From Cyanophora paradoxa CCMP329 (lineage: Eukaryota; Plantae; Glaucophyta), in the NCBI GenBank assembly GCA_004431415.1, contig QPMI01000300.1, forward strand, positions 1-43,515: 43,515 nt of DNA. The letters run 5' to 3'. Shown here piece after piece: positions 33,500 through 43,515 of this stretch (position 1 is the stretch's first letter; every line of letters begins with the position of its first letter). A program made the translations under genes and the position numbers. The notes beneath the pieces are model-generated. The model had not been told where the DNA came from. It worked only from the letters and a program-made list of their open reading frames with translations, and did not search any database.

Positions 33500-35010
33500 C
33501 CGCGCGCGATCCGCGACCCGAGTTTTGGGTCGATCCTAGAATCCGAGCTTCCTCCCCGCCTCAGAGCTCCGAGACCCGATCGTACGCGCATAGACGCTCG
33601 CGGCGCGCTCGAACGCGGTCGGCGCGCGCGAGGACGACCTCGCACGCGGCGCGCGTCGACGCGCGCGCGTCGATCGCGAAATCGGCCGCCCATCTAGAGC
33701 GCGTTCGGGCGCCTCGGGATCTAGATCTAGACGATCAAACGCGCCATTATCGCGCCCCTCGCTCGCTCTCGACGCCCTAGTCTAAATGTGCACCCTCGTC
33801 CGCCGCGTCGACGTCGAGGACGAGGCAACCTAGGCGATCGTCTAGATTCGCGCGAGCGCCGGCGCCGTCGCTCGATCTCAGGCCGCAATCGCTGATCTCG
33901 GTGTCCGCCTGCAGCGTCGCGGCCGAGAAGACGCTCGCCGACGGGCATCGCGGCCGAGAGCCGTTGAGCCTGACGGTGCGCGTGCCGCCGCGTCGTCCGC
34001 TTCCCAACTTAGCGGCCGCCTTGCCTACAACTACGTTAGAGCTTACGGGGTCTAGACGCGGGCGCGGGCGCCCCGAATGGCGTGCGCATGCGGGGTCCGC
34101 GGGGCGCGGCGGGCGCGAGGTCCATATCCGCGACCCGAGTTTTGGGTCGAGATCCTAGAATCCGAGCTTCCCCGCCGCCTCAGAGCTCCGAGACCCGATC
34201 GTACGCGCATAGACGCTCGCGGCGCGCTCGAACGCGGTCGGCGCGCGCGAGGACGACCTCGCACGCGGCGCGCGTCAACGCGCGCGCGCCGACGCGCGCG
34301 CGCCGATCGCAAAATCGGCCGCCCATCTAGAACGCGTTCGGGCGCCTCGGGATCTAGATCCAGACGATCAAACGCGCCATTATCGCGCCCCTCGCTCGCT
34401 CAACGACGCCCTAGTCTAAATGTGCACCCTCGTCCGCCGCGTCGACGTCGAGGACGAGGCAACCTAGGCGATCGTCTAGATTCGCGCGAGCGCCGGCGCC
34501 GTCGCTCGATCTCAGGCCGCAATCGCTGATCTCGGTGTCCGCCTGCAGCGTCGCGGCCGAGAAGACGCTCGCCGACGGGCATCGCGGCCGAGAGCCGTTG
34601 AGCCTGACGGTGCGCGTGCCGCCGCGTCGTCCGCTTCCCAACTTAGCGGCCGCCTTGCCTACAACTACGTTAGAGCTTACGGGGTCTAGACGCGGGCGCG
34701 GGCGCCCCGAATGGCGTGCGCATGCGGGGTCCGCGGGGCGCGGCGGGCGCGAGGTCCATATCCGCGAGCCGAGTTTTGGGTCGAGATCCTAGAATCCGAG
34801 CTTCCTCGCCGCCTCAGAGCTCCGAGACCCGATCGTACGCGCATAGACGCTCGCGGCGCGCTCGAACGCGGTCGGCGCGCGCGAGGACGACCCTCGCACG
34901 CGGCGCGCGTCGACGCGCGCGCGCCGATCGCGAAATCGGCCGCCCATCTAGAACGCGTTCGGGCGCCTCGGGATCTAGGTTTAGACGATCGAACGATCCA
35001 TTATCGCGCC
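33500..35010. repeat. Tandem repeat, ~620-634-bp unit, ~2.4 copies
   Basis: ccgagttttgggtcga..tcctagaatccgagctt at ~33518, ~34135 and ~34769. Identical ORFs recur at a 634-bp offset (33901/34535). Confidence 0.92.
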
Positions 35011-35075
35011 TATCTTTAGACTAGAGCGTGCATAATTGACCAGACGGGCTAACGACGTCTACAGGGCGCAGCGCG

Positions 35076-36606
35076 ATGTCGCGATCGTTGGCGTCGACGT
35101 GGCTCCCCAAAGAGGGGTCGCTCGAGCTCATCAGACGCGGCGGTGTCTCGACGGAGGAGGCTCAGAGCGCGTTTCTGGCTCAGGAGGTCGCGCGCGTGGG
35201 CGCCGAGAACATCCGCGCGCTCGAGTTCATCAACCTCTGGTCCCTGAACGTCTGCCTTCCGCCCGAGGATCTAGTAGAGACACTGGAGAATCTGGAGAAA
35301 CTGGTCGTGCGGGCTAACAGGAACATGATATCGATGGAGCTTTCTTTACGCGTCGGGCTTCCAGCGTTTCGACGCTGCCTTCAGGTGCTGCGGTTGAACG
35401 ATTGCCGCGAGAAATCGGGCGGATTATTGACCTGTTGTACGGTAGATTCTGTGCATTACAAAGTGCACGCTGTCGAAGCTGCCGCCGGAGATCGGACGGC
35501 TTGCGGCGCTGCAGGAGCTCGACTTGAGCAACAACGCGCTGACGGAGCTGCCGACGGAAATCGGGCGGCTTACCAGCCTGCTGAAGCTGAATGTGAGCGG
35601 CAACCAGCTGACAAGACTGCTGCCAGCGCTCGTTCAACTGGCGGCCCTGACGGAGCTCAATGCCAGCAACAACCAGCTGACGGATCTGCCTCGGGCGATC
35701 TGGCAGCTGGCCGCCGCCGCCCTGCAGAGCCTAAACGCGAGCAACAACCAGCTGACAAGTTTAGAGCTTCCGCGGCCGCGGGCGATCAGTCGGCCGGCGA
35801 CCCTTCAGAAGCTGAACGTGAGCGGCAACCAGCTGGAGGAGCTGCCGCCGGCGATCGGGCAGTTCACGAGCCTGGAAGTGCTCTTTCTGGGCAACAACCA
35901 GCTGGCAAAGCTGCCGGCGGAGATCGGGCAGCTCGCGAACCTGCGGAAGCTAATTCTGGGCGGCAATCGGCTGACTGCACTGCCGCCGGACATCGGTCGG
36001 CTGGCAGCCCTGCAGTTGCTGGACCTTGGCAAGAACCGGCTTACGTCGCTTCCGCCGGAGATGAGGCTGCTCCAGGGCCTGCAGTCGCTGTACTTGGGCG
36101 GCAACGAGCTGTCGGCCCTGCCGCGAGAGATAGGCCAGCTGAAGAGCCTGAAGAGGTTGGACGTGAGCAACAACCAGCAAATCTACATCACTCAGCTTCA
36201 GCTCGCGAATCTTGAGCGGCTCACCGTGGGAGGCACGCCGGCAGCGGCGCAGCAGCAGCTGGCGGCGCTGGAGGCGGAGAACGCGGAGCTGCGCCGGCGC
36301 CTCGCGGAGGCCGAGGCGGACGTGGACAAGGAGCGGGCGCGGGTGGTGGCGCTGGAGGCGGCGGCGGCCAAGCGGCTGAGGCTTCACAAGCGGCAGCTCG
36401 AGCGGCAGCGGACGGAGCTCGAGCGACGGCTGGCGCTCCACGAGGGAGCGGACGGGTCCAGCGGCCAGCAGGCAGAGGCGGCGCCCCTCGCCGATATCGA
36501 TCCCAAGGAGGGGACCGAGAGCCCCGGTGCCAGATCCAGCGAGCCGATTGCAAGCGGATCCGGAGGCGCCCCGGCGCCCCCCCCGAAGAAGAGGGGGCGC
36601 ATTTGA
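35076..36606 (+). CDS. Apparently intronless leucine-rich repeat protein with a C-terminal coiled coil and NLS-like tail; frameshifts near 35,340-35,480
   Basis: About ten LxxLxLxxNxLxxLPxEIG repeats in ORF 35524-36606, then LAALEAENAELRRRL and PPKKRGRI*. The N-terminal part is in ORF 35076. Confidence 0.85.
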
Positions 36607-36893
36607 TCCGCGATCAGGCATCACACCCCCCCCCCCCCCCCCTTGCCCCACTCCCTCCCTCCCCCCCCCCCCCCTCCCCCCCCCCCTCCTCCCCCCGTGC
36701 GCGCCTCCGCCCGCCCCCGCGAGCCGGCCGAGGTCCCGCCCGCAGGCGGCGGCGGCGATGGCGGCGGCGGCGGCGGCGGCGGGACCCTCCCAAGGGATTG
36801 AACATTGTATTCCAGCATACGCAGGAACAACCTGCCTGCGGCTATATATGCGGGAGGGCGCGGGCCGTGGGCCGGGCCTGGCCGGGGCCACAT

Positions 36894-38148
36894 CTACAGC
36901 TGGTTCCAGCAGCGCATGCAGTCGCCCCTGCACTCCATGTAGCAGTCGTAGTTGAAGCCAAGCACCTGATCGACCCCGCCCGGGACCGAGCCCCCGGCTC
37001 TCTCAGGCGAGGCGCGGCGGGAGGCGCGGCCGGCAGCAGCTGCTTCGGGGCATGCGCACCTGGGGCAGGCGGGCGATGGTCTGGCGGAGCTTGTCGCCCT
37101 CGATGCGGTGCTCCTTCGCCAGCGTCGCCAGCGCCGGCCGGATCCGCTTCTCCACTGCAGAAAGAAAGCTCAGCTAGGCGTTGTGAAGCTTAAGCCTGAA
37201 GGACCTAAGCATGGAAGCTTAGGATTCTGGGGGCATGTTCTCCAACTAAGCAGCCAATACCGGTACCTCAGACCTCTTAGACCGAACCTTAAGAATAGCT
37301 TAAGAATAGACCGAAGCTCAAGCTTGGACGCGGGGGGGAGGTGGGGGGGGGGGAAGGGGAGGGGAGGTATCGGACCGCTGAGGCCGAGGACCTCGGGGAA
37401 CTTCTTGACGACGTGCTGCACCTCCTCCTCGCCCAGCCCCAGCTCCCCCGTCAGCATCCCCAGCACCGCCTCCACCTGTCCGGGCGGCAGGGTGAGAGGC
37501 GGGACTCAAGAGGCTGCGCGGCGGGGCGGGCGCGCCTGGCCCTCCGGGGGCGCGCTGTCCTTGTACTCGCCGCGCCAGTAGCGGAAGGCGCGGTCCGTCC
37601 AGCCGAAGGCGTGCTTCATCGCCGTCTCCACCTCCTGCGGCTCCAGCGCCGGCACGGCCTCCAGCACCCGCGCCGCCCCCTCCGCCCACAGCCGCGCGTC
37701 ATCTGAGGCGGTGGTGGGAACCGCGACGCAGATGAACGACCTAGCTAAGCCGCGCACGTACCGCCCGTGAGCTTCTCTGCGGGGCTCGGGACCGGAGCGG
37801 CGCCACCTGCCGCCGCAGCCGCCTGCGCAGACGACCGACGCCGTTAGCTAAGTTTGCTGCGAAGCCTATATAGCTAGGGCCTTGCCACGGCGCGCGCGCC
37901 GCACGGGCCGGCGCGTGCCCCGTGCGCAACGCGCGCGACAGACGGACCTGCGCGCGCGGTGCGCCCTCGAAGCGGATAGCTGGCCGCCACGACTGCGGAA
38001 CGGCCCGGCCGCTGTGTGCGGGCCGGAGCCGGCGCGCTGCGCCCAGACCGGCGAGGGTGCATCGACTCGGGCCACGGTCGGCGAAGACCCGACCGCTGGC
38101 CGAGCGACCCGCTACGTCAACCGGAGCCGTGCACGCGAACGCCATCAT
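36894..38148 (-). CDS. mTERF-family protein, mTERF12-like, with a plastid-type transit peptide
   Basis: MMAFACTAP... presequence. Exons [66 protein letters not shown] and [23 protein letters not shown] (the DCxxxCxxxCxRCW tail of plant mTERF12). Confidence 0.82.
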
Positions 38149-38235
38149 GAAGGCCGCTGTGGCTGGCTGCCTTCTGCAGTCTTGTTTCTTGCAGAGCGGG
38201 GTACACTTCGTTCGGAAGGCTAGCGAAAGTTCGAC
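38149..38235. promoter_or_regulatory. Probable compact bidirectional promoter
   Basis: Only 87 bp separate the divergent start codons of the mTERF12-like gene and HSP60. Confidence 0.55.
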
Positions 38236-41200
38236 ATGCTGCAGGCCACAGCAGGCGCGCTCCGCGGCGCGGCGCAGCAGGCGTTCCGCAATGCGATCGC
38301 TAACTCGCGGTGAGCGACGCCCTTCCGCCGGCCCGGTCGCGAGGAAAACGCGATGGTTGACGTGCGACGCTTCGTGCAGCGTTCTTGCACGCCCCGGCGT
38401 GCGCGCGATGTCGGCGAAGGAGATCCGTTTCGGCGTCGACGCCCGTGCGGCGATGCTGCTCGGCGTGGAGCGCCTCGCGGACGCCGTCCAGGTTACCCTC
38501 GGCCCGAAGGTTCGCGACGCCCGGGGCCTTCCCGCCTGGTCCATTTCAAGCGCGCACGGGCGTCTCCTGAGCTCCCCGCGCCCCGCGCAGGGCCGGAACG
38601 TCGTGCTGGACCAGAGCTACGGCCCGCCAAAGATCACCAAGGACGGTGTGACCGTCGCGAAGCACATCGAGTTCAAGGATCGCTACCAGAACCTCGGCGC
38701 ACAGCTCGTGCGGCAGGTGGCGAGCAAGACTAATGATATCGCTGGTGACGGTACGTCGCCTAATGATGTCCGCGCGCGGCCGCGGGGAGGCGCGCTTCCG
38801 GCCGCGGGGCGCTGACGCGCTTCGCGCGGGCAGGCACCACCACCGCCACCGTGCTGACCCGCGCGATCTTCGTGGAGGGCTGCAAGGCGGTCGCCGCCGG
38901 CATGAACCCGATGGACCTCGCGCGCGGCATCAAGCTCGCCGTCGACGTTGTCATTAAGGACCTGAAGGACCGCACTAAGCCCATCACGACCCGGGAGGAG
39001 ATCGCGCAGGTGCGCTGCCGCCGGCGCCGGCCGCCACCTCTAGCTGGGGCGGCGCGTGACGGGCCCTGCGCCGCGCGCAGGTCGCCACCATCTCCGCGAA
39101 CGGCGACAAGGAGATCGGCGAGATGATTGCGAACGCGATGGAGCGCGTCGGCAAGGAGGGCGTCATCACCGTCGCCGTGCGCATTCTGCAGCCGGAGCCG
39201 CCGCCGCCGCCGCTCGCGGCGCGCGCGCGCGCGCGTGCGCACGTGTGAGCCGCGCCGCGCAGGACGGCAAGACGCTTGAGAACGAGCTCGAGGTGGTGGA
39301 GGGCATGAAGTTCGACCGCGGCTACATCTCGCCCTACTTCATCACCAACAACAAGAACCAGAAAGTCGTGCGTGCCTCTTTCCTTTCCTTTCCTTTCCTT
39401 TCCTTCCTCACTCCGGCTCACGCGGGGGCGGCGGCGGCGGCGGGAACGCAGGAGTTCGAGAACCCGCTGATCCTCATCTCTGAGAAGAAGATCTCGGGCC
39501 TGCAGAGCATCCTCCCCATCCTCGAGATGGTCGTCAAGGTCTGTCCCCGCCCCCGCCCCGCCCCCTCACGCCCCGCCCCGCCGCCCCGCCCCCCTCACGC
39601 CTCGCGCGCGCCCAGGTGAACCGCCCGCTCCTGATCATCTCGGAGGACGTCGAGTCGGAGGCGCTCGCCACGCTCGTCGTCAACAAGCTCCGCGGCGGCC
39701 TCAAGGCGCCCCCTCCCCGCCCGCCCCGCCCCCGTCAGGGCTGAGGCGCGCGCGCCCGCCCGCCGCAGGTGTGCGCGGTCAAGGCCCCGGGCTTCGGCGA
39801 CAACCGCAAGGCGAACCTGCAGGACATCGCCGTCCTCACCGGCGGCCAGGTCCGCCCCTCGCACCTCGCCCCGCCGCACTCGCACCAGCCGTCCGCCCGG
39901 CCGACCCGACCCGACGCCGACCCGGCCGGCCCGCAGGTCGTGTCTGAGGACGTTGGCCTCGACCTCGACAAGCTGACCCTCGAGCACCTCGGCACCGCCA
40001 AGAAGGTACCAGCCCCCTCCCCGGGGGGGGACAGCTCGGGCGAGCGCGCCCCGCCTCACCGCCCCGTGCGTGCAGGTTGTGGTGAGCAAGGACGACACGA
40101 TCGTGCTGGACGGCGCGGGCACGAAGGAGGCCATCGCGGAGCGCGTCGAGCTCCTCAAGGAGAGCATCGACTCCACCAGCAGGTCCGCCCCCGCCAGACG
40201 CGGCCCGGCGCGGCGCTCGCCCGCCCCGGGCCTCACTCACGCGCGGCTTTGCTGCTGCTTGTCCGCAGCGAGTACGAGCGCGAGAAGCTCCAGGAGCGCC
40301 TCGCGAAGCTCAGCGGCGGCGTCGCCGTCCTCAAGGTCCGCCAGAGACAGAGAGAAAGGAGAAGGAAGCGCGCCACTGACGCCCCGCGCAGGTGGGCGGG
40401 GCCTCGGAGGTGGAGGTGGGCGAGAAGAAGGACCGGATCACGGACGCGCTGAACGCGACGCGCGCGGCCGTCGAGGAGGGCATCGTCCCCGGCGGCGGCA
40501 CCGCGCTCCTCTACTCCACCCTTAAGCTGAAGGTCCGCTGGAGCCGCCGCCGCCGCTTGTGTCGCTGGCTTCGCTCAGCTTGGCCGGCCGGCGGCGCTGG
40601 CGCAGGACATTGCGACGCCCAACTTCGACCAGAAGCACGGCGTGCAGATCATCGCCAACGCCCTCACCGTCCGCCCCCTCCGCCCCGCCCGATCCGATCC
40701 ATCTGATCTGACGCGGCTCCACCCCCCCCTCAGATGCCGGCGAAGACGATCGCTACGAACGCGGGGGCGGAGGGCGCCGTCATCGTCGGGAAGCTCCTCG
40801 AGCAGGCCGACAAGGAGCTCGGCTGGAACGCCCAGGTCCGGCCCCCCGCCCGCCCGCCCTCTCCCGCCCGCGCTGCCCCGCCCAGGCTAGGGCAGAGGGC
40901 CTGGGGCCTAGAACTTGGCACCCGGCCCAGCGACGCCGCGCCCGCCCCGCCCCGCCCCGCCCCGCCCCCGCCCTTCGCCCTTCGTCCTTTTGTCCGCCTC
41001 GCCGACCATCCCCGCCCGCTCCCGCCCCGCAGGACGGCGTCTTCGTGAACATGATCAAGGCCGGCATCATCGACCCCACCAAGGCGCGCCCTCCCGCCCC
41101 GCTTTGCTTTGCTTTGCTCCTCCCTTGCTGAGAGCCGGCCGGCTCCTTCCCCCAGGTCGTGCGGACGGCGCTGATCGACGCGGCGTCGGTGGCGTCGCTG

Positions 41201-41366
41201 ATGACGACGACCGAGGCGGCCATCGTCGAGCTCCCCAAGGAGGAGAAGGCCGGCCCCGCCGGCGGCATGGGCGGTGCGCCCGCGCCAAGCCCGAGCTAGC
41301 TCTGCTACGCCACGCTACGCTAGCTGCTGACGGTGTATTTGTGCAGGCATGGGCGACATGTTCTAA
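38236..41366 (+). CDS. HSP60: Mitochondrial chaperonin 60 (about 17 short introns)
   Basis: Presequence [19 protein letters not shown]..., then [76 protein letters not shown] and C-terminal GGMGGMGDMF*. Confidence 0.97.
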
Positions 41367-42306
41367 GTATCAGCGACCCGCGCCGCACGCGCCCGGCCGG
41401 CCTCTCGGCCGGCGTCCCCTAGCCCTTCCCCCCGCCCCCTTCGCCGCGCCCCCTTCCCCCGCGGACCCTCCCGCCCCGCCCCAATTAAGCTTCCCGCCGC
41501 CCTTTCAATAGGCCTTGAGCTTTACAGACAGAGCAGATTGGCAGTTCGCGTATTTTTGGCCCGCCGATGTATCAAAAATGGAGATGAGAATGACAGCCAA
41601 GCGGCCCGGAGCCGGACGGCGGGCTCGACGTCCGAACAGGCCTAGCCGCCTAGGGCGCCGGCGGCGCCGAGCGCGCCGCGGCGGCGTCCGAACAAGCCTG
41701 TCCGACCGCAATCGCAAACAGCGGCTGCGAGGCCCGGGCGCGCGCTAGCAGAGCCCTGGGGCCGCAGCAGCGGGCCTGCCAGGCTGCTAAGAGAGGCATC
41801 GCCCCGCCCCCGGCCGGTGCCGGCGCCACATCATGGCATCGAGCGGCGTGCGAGGAGAGGCCCGAGAGGGCCATGTGCATGTTGAAGGGAGAGGGCGCGC
41901 GTCAGCCTGGATCCATCGGAGCCGATTCGCAGGGCGCGGAAAGGCTCGCCGCAGCGCCGCGGCGCCAATTTGCAAGTCGACGTACGCGTCCTCGAGTTGC
42001 AAACTTGCCCCGGCCCCCTGACCAATCGCGTCGGTCCTCAACAAGCTTAGCTGCAGCAGTGCATGCGCCCCCCGCAGGCGCAGCAGAACCAGCAGGCTGG
42101 CAGCAGCAGAGCAGAACGTCAGCGGCAGAGGCCAGGAGCAAAGTTTGCAGAACCGTTGAACATGCGCGCGTCTTCGGAGCCGCAGCTGCCGCCGGACCGA
42201 ACTCCGAACAGCTGCAGCGGCGGCGCGGCTGCGCAAGCGCGCAGCTAGGCCCGGCGGTGCTCTGCAACCACGCGGGGCCATCTAAACCTGCGCCTTGAGC
42301 TTCCGG

Positions 42307-43515
42307 ATGGCCGCGAGCCTGGCGGAGCTCGAGGGCCTCGCCCCGTGGCCAGCGCAGCTCGAGGACTCGCCCCTTTTCCCGGCCGCGGCCGCCCCCGAAG
42401 CAGAGGCAGCAGGAGGATTCGAACGAGAGCCGTCCGGCAGGAGCCGCGCCGCCGCCGAAACCCCGCTCGCGGCTGATTATGGGCCCGAGGGCCACGCGCA
42501 CGCGTACGCGGCCGAGGCCGACGCGGCGGCCGCGGGCGGCGCGGAGCATGCGGAGCTGAGCGTTGTTTCCGCCGCGGATCCGGAGGCCCCGGCGCTGGGC
42601 CCCTGGCCGGAGTTCGGAGACGTGCCGGGCGCGGCGGCGCTGAGCGCCGCGCCGTCCGTGGCGGCGCTCGGGCCCGAGGAAGCGCGCGCGGCGCGCTTGG
42701 AGCCGGAGGGGATCGAGCGCCTGCAGCGGGAGCTGGAGGATCTCGTGGCGGCCCGGGCGCCGCTGCCGACCAGCGACCTTCCCGTCCCGGGGCGCGAGTA
42801 CGTCCGGGCCCGGCCGCCCCGGGCCCGAGGGCTCGCCGCGCCAGCTCGAGCTTCGGGGCGCCGGCCCGCGGCCGCGCCCGCGGCCTCAGCCGTCGACGGC
42901 GCCGGCGGCCGCCGCGGGCCGCGCGCGACGGCGCCGCGCGACGCTCCCGTTCGCGGCGCCGACGCCCACGCCGCCCCCGACGCTCCTCGAGGAGGCGAGC
43001 CCCGCGCCTCCCTATCGCCCTCCTTTCCTTCCCGGGGCTGACCGCCCCCGCCCGCCCGCCCGCAGCTCCGCGCCTTCTACAAGGCCGACGAGGGCGCGTC
43101 CCCCGAGCTCTTCACGAACACCGTACCCCCCTCCCGCTTCCGCTCCTGTACCCCTCCCTCCCTCCCCGACGCCGGCCGCAGGCGCTCCTGAGGCGCGAGT
43201 CTATCCGCTTCGCTCCGCGCGTTGCCACGTGAGCACCCGCATTACGAATTCGTACCCCCCTTCCGGATCTGAGCGCACGGTACCCCCTGTGCAGGTGGAG
43301 CCTTCTCTTTCTTCGAGCGGCCGACTCCGACTGCGACGGGCGCCTCGTCTGGCGGGAGTTCCTCCCGTACGGATTGTGCGTACCCCCCTCCGTGCCCCCT
43401 ATCCCGTACCCCCGCCGATTGGGAGCCCGTACCCTGCAGGGCCGCCTACAAGGCGCTGCACAGCACGTGGGACGAGCGGCGGGCCCGCGCCGTCTGCGCG
43501 GAGGACTGGTGCCCC
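42307..43515 (+). CDS. Host multi-exon protein with an EF-hand-like motif (partial, runs off the right edge)
   Basis: Acidic first exon MAASLAELEG...; later exon VEPSLFFERADSDCDGRLVWREFL (~43,295-43,365); typical introns. Confidence 0.55.

Noticed and set aside
33388-35024. ORFs within the tandem repeat
   Set aside because: Low-complexity translations with no motifs; frames are not conserved between copies.
41500-42290. Possible minus-strand gene (ORF 41787-42281)
   Set aside because: No recognisable motif or convincing exon structure; cannot be supported.

Overview
The window has two sharply different halves. Bases 1-~21,186 are AT-rich, intron-free and gene-dense. They form the right part of an endogenous Polinton-like/virophage-like dsDNA virus (Preplasmiviricota-type). 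It carries the N-terminus of a probable Polinton-type DNA polymerase B running off the left edge, an AEP primase-PriCT2-SF3 helicase, an A32-like packaging ATPase, a double-jelly-roll major capsid protein and two divergent penton-like genes. Accessory genes include a patatin-discoidin fusion, a ~2,000-aa phage-style fibre ending in a peptidase-S74 chaperone, two paralogous spike-like genes, a Zn-finger protein and a prokaryotic-type S-adenosylmethionine decarboxylase. The element ends in motif arrays, four ~31-bp quasi-palindromes and a perfect 28-bp-arm hairpin exactly at the composition switch. Many viral genes are split by frameshifts, and most of those I could resolve are one base missing from a homopolymer run, which looks like long-read error rather than decay. 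Bases ~21,187-43,515 are very GC-rich, intron-rich eukaryotic host DNA, probably from a plastid-bearing alga (possibly a glaucophyte; inference). This half holds the 3' part of a beta-helix surface-protein gene apparently interrupted by the virus, INTS4, a truncated CPSF73, a ~634-bp tandem repeat, an intronless LRR gene, an mTERF12-like gene, mitochondrial HSP60 and an EF-hand gene. All calls come from reading motifs by eye; no searches were run.
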